Below are positions 62,675 to 64,000 of a stretch of 64,000 nucleotides of DNA, piece after piece (position 1 is the first letter of the stretch; every line of letters begins with the position of its first letter). Under the pieces are notes generated by a model. It saw nothing but the letters and a program-made list of their open reading frames with translations, ran no database searches and was not told the origin of the DNA. Source of the DNA: Iphione sp. A-MEVVRFRX5 (taxonomy: Eukaryota); assembly GCA_976226885.1 (NCBI GenBank), contig OZ320322.1:42532001-42596000 (forward strand), read 5' to 3'. A program made the position numbers and the translations under genes.

Positions 62675-63013
62675 GGCCCCCAAAAAGCGTGTTTCTAGTA
62701 GTGACCAGCCAAAAACCTAGGTAGGGAGGGGGCTATCTTTTTAAATTTTTTTCCCACTTTCTCCCACTGGTTTTAATTAATGATAAAGACAATATGAAGA
62801 ATTTGGACCAATTTGCATGACTTTTAAAGTTCTTTGCTGAATTGCCATGGATTTTGTTGTTTTTCTTCTGAATTTACCCAAAACATGTGCTGTGAAAACA
62901 AGTCTCTAAGGACTTTCAGCCTTGGAAACTCTTTGGGACCAAATAGTTTTCAGGTAGGGCGGGATTTTACTAGGTAGGGGTGGATGACCAGAAACATACC
63001 TATTTATTTCCCC
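62675..63013. mobile_element. Possible non-autonomous DNA transposon remnant
   Basis: GG...CC ends with weak inverted similarity (GTGTTTCTAGT vs reverse complement ATGTTTCTGGT) and repeated (t/c)aggtaggg words near both ends. The TSD is not clean. Confidence 0.25.
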
Positions 63014-64000
63014 TACCTATAGAATTCATGTCCCTACTATAATTTGGTCTCTTATTGTTCCCTTTATCTATGAACACATTATCATTGTGCATATCAGGCA
63101 AGTCAATACTATTCACCAATCATTTTTCCCATATTAACTCTGCTCAACTCAAACCACCACTACAACGTGCTTCTGGCATAGACATCCTGCAGCCTCCGTA
63201 GACCTTTCCAATGTTAAAACTGTCATCTTTGACCCCTTGTAATCTGGAATGTGTTTCACGGGAAAGCTCCAACATTTTTTGAGTCATGGTTGATATATAT
63301 TCTTTATACATACTTGTAAAACAAATAGTTTTATCTCAAATATTTACGCAGAATTTTAACCTCCCAATAGGCTTTAGTGCTGGCCGTCCTTGTCTGTCTA
63401 TACATGACTTTCCCTTACTTTTTTCAGATGTGCTGTGGTTAGTTAGACTCAACTGTCAATCTAAAATAGTGATTGGGGAATTTGCTGATGGCACATGAAT
63501 TACAGTTGCAGATAAAGGAATCGGAACTCTACAGTAAAATGTCAAACGCAACATGATGAGGTTACTTCATGGCATGCTAAACATATGCTGACAATAAATG
63601 TGCTGAAAAAACTAAAATTTCACCAAAAGGAAGGCACAATTTTCAGTAAAAATATCATGGCGGAGCCCGCCTTCACCAGTCAGGTGAATGAATTTTTTAC
63701 TCTTACAAGTACTTAGGTACCATACACATATGAATAGAGGGATATATGTATATATGTCTGTGCGTTACAAGGGATGTGAACGTATATATCAACTCTGGAC
63801 ACAGTCATTTCCTGCTTCCGACGTTGCAGTTGATAGCTTCACCGGCCTGTCAACTACTACCCGAATAGGACTAGGGTTGGGCAGAACCAGCAATATCAGT
63901 CTGAACCTTCATTCCCTGGGAAAAATTACCTCTGTGCCTTTTGGGAATTAAGACGGAGAAAAGCAGGACATCTTGATCAACACCTGCCATAATGGAAAAA

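Noticed and set aside
132-63951. Most 60-140 aa entries in the ORF track
   Set aside because: Many start at TTG or GTG, overlap on opposite strands or lie in repeats, and show no domain motifs. In eukaryotic DNA they are expected by chance.

Overview
AT-rich, repeat-laden eukaryotic genomic DNA, apparently from an invertebrate metazoan (inference from composition and repeat types). No long host-gene CDS could be recognised. The well-supported content is retroelements. (1) A single-ORF CR1/L2-group LINE with intact APE endonuclease and RT at 9591-12407 (+) and a 20-A tail ending at 13048. (2) A decayed, frameshifted LINE on the minus strand (about 19581-22250), bracketed by a ~105-113 bp direct duplication of a tRNA-Glu-like sequence. 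(3) A complete Ngaro-type tyrosine-recombinase retrotransposon (30795-35120, minus) with gag, RT/RNase H and YR ORFs and identical split direct repeats A1-ORFs-B1-A2-B2, sitting in an (AT)n tract. (4) A 5'-truncated LINE (about 35400-37506, +). There are also several MITEs (piggyBac-, Harbinger- and Tc1/pogo-like), tRNA-derived SINE remnants, small tandem repeats and a few decayed coding-like stretches. The most unusual observations concern the intact LINE. Its 5' leader and 3' trailer carry a near-perfect 19/20-nt reverse-complement pair. Its 3' UTR holds six copies of a GG(A/G)T-GTG-A(T/C)CC mini-hairpin with compensatory base changes, and a seventh copy lies upstream of the ORF. Together these suggest an RNA-level 5'-3' circularisation or recognition system. 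This is inference and needs checking on other copies of the family.
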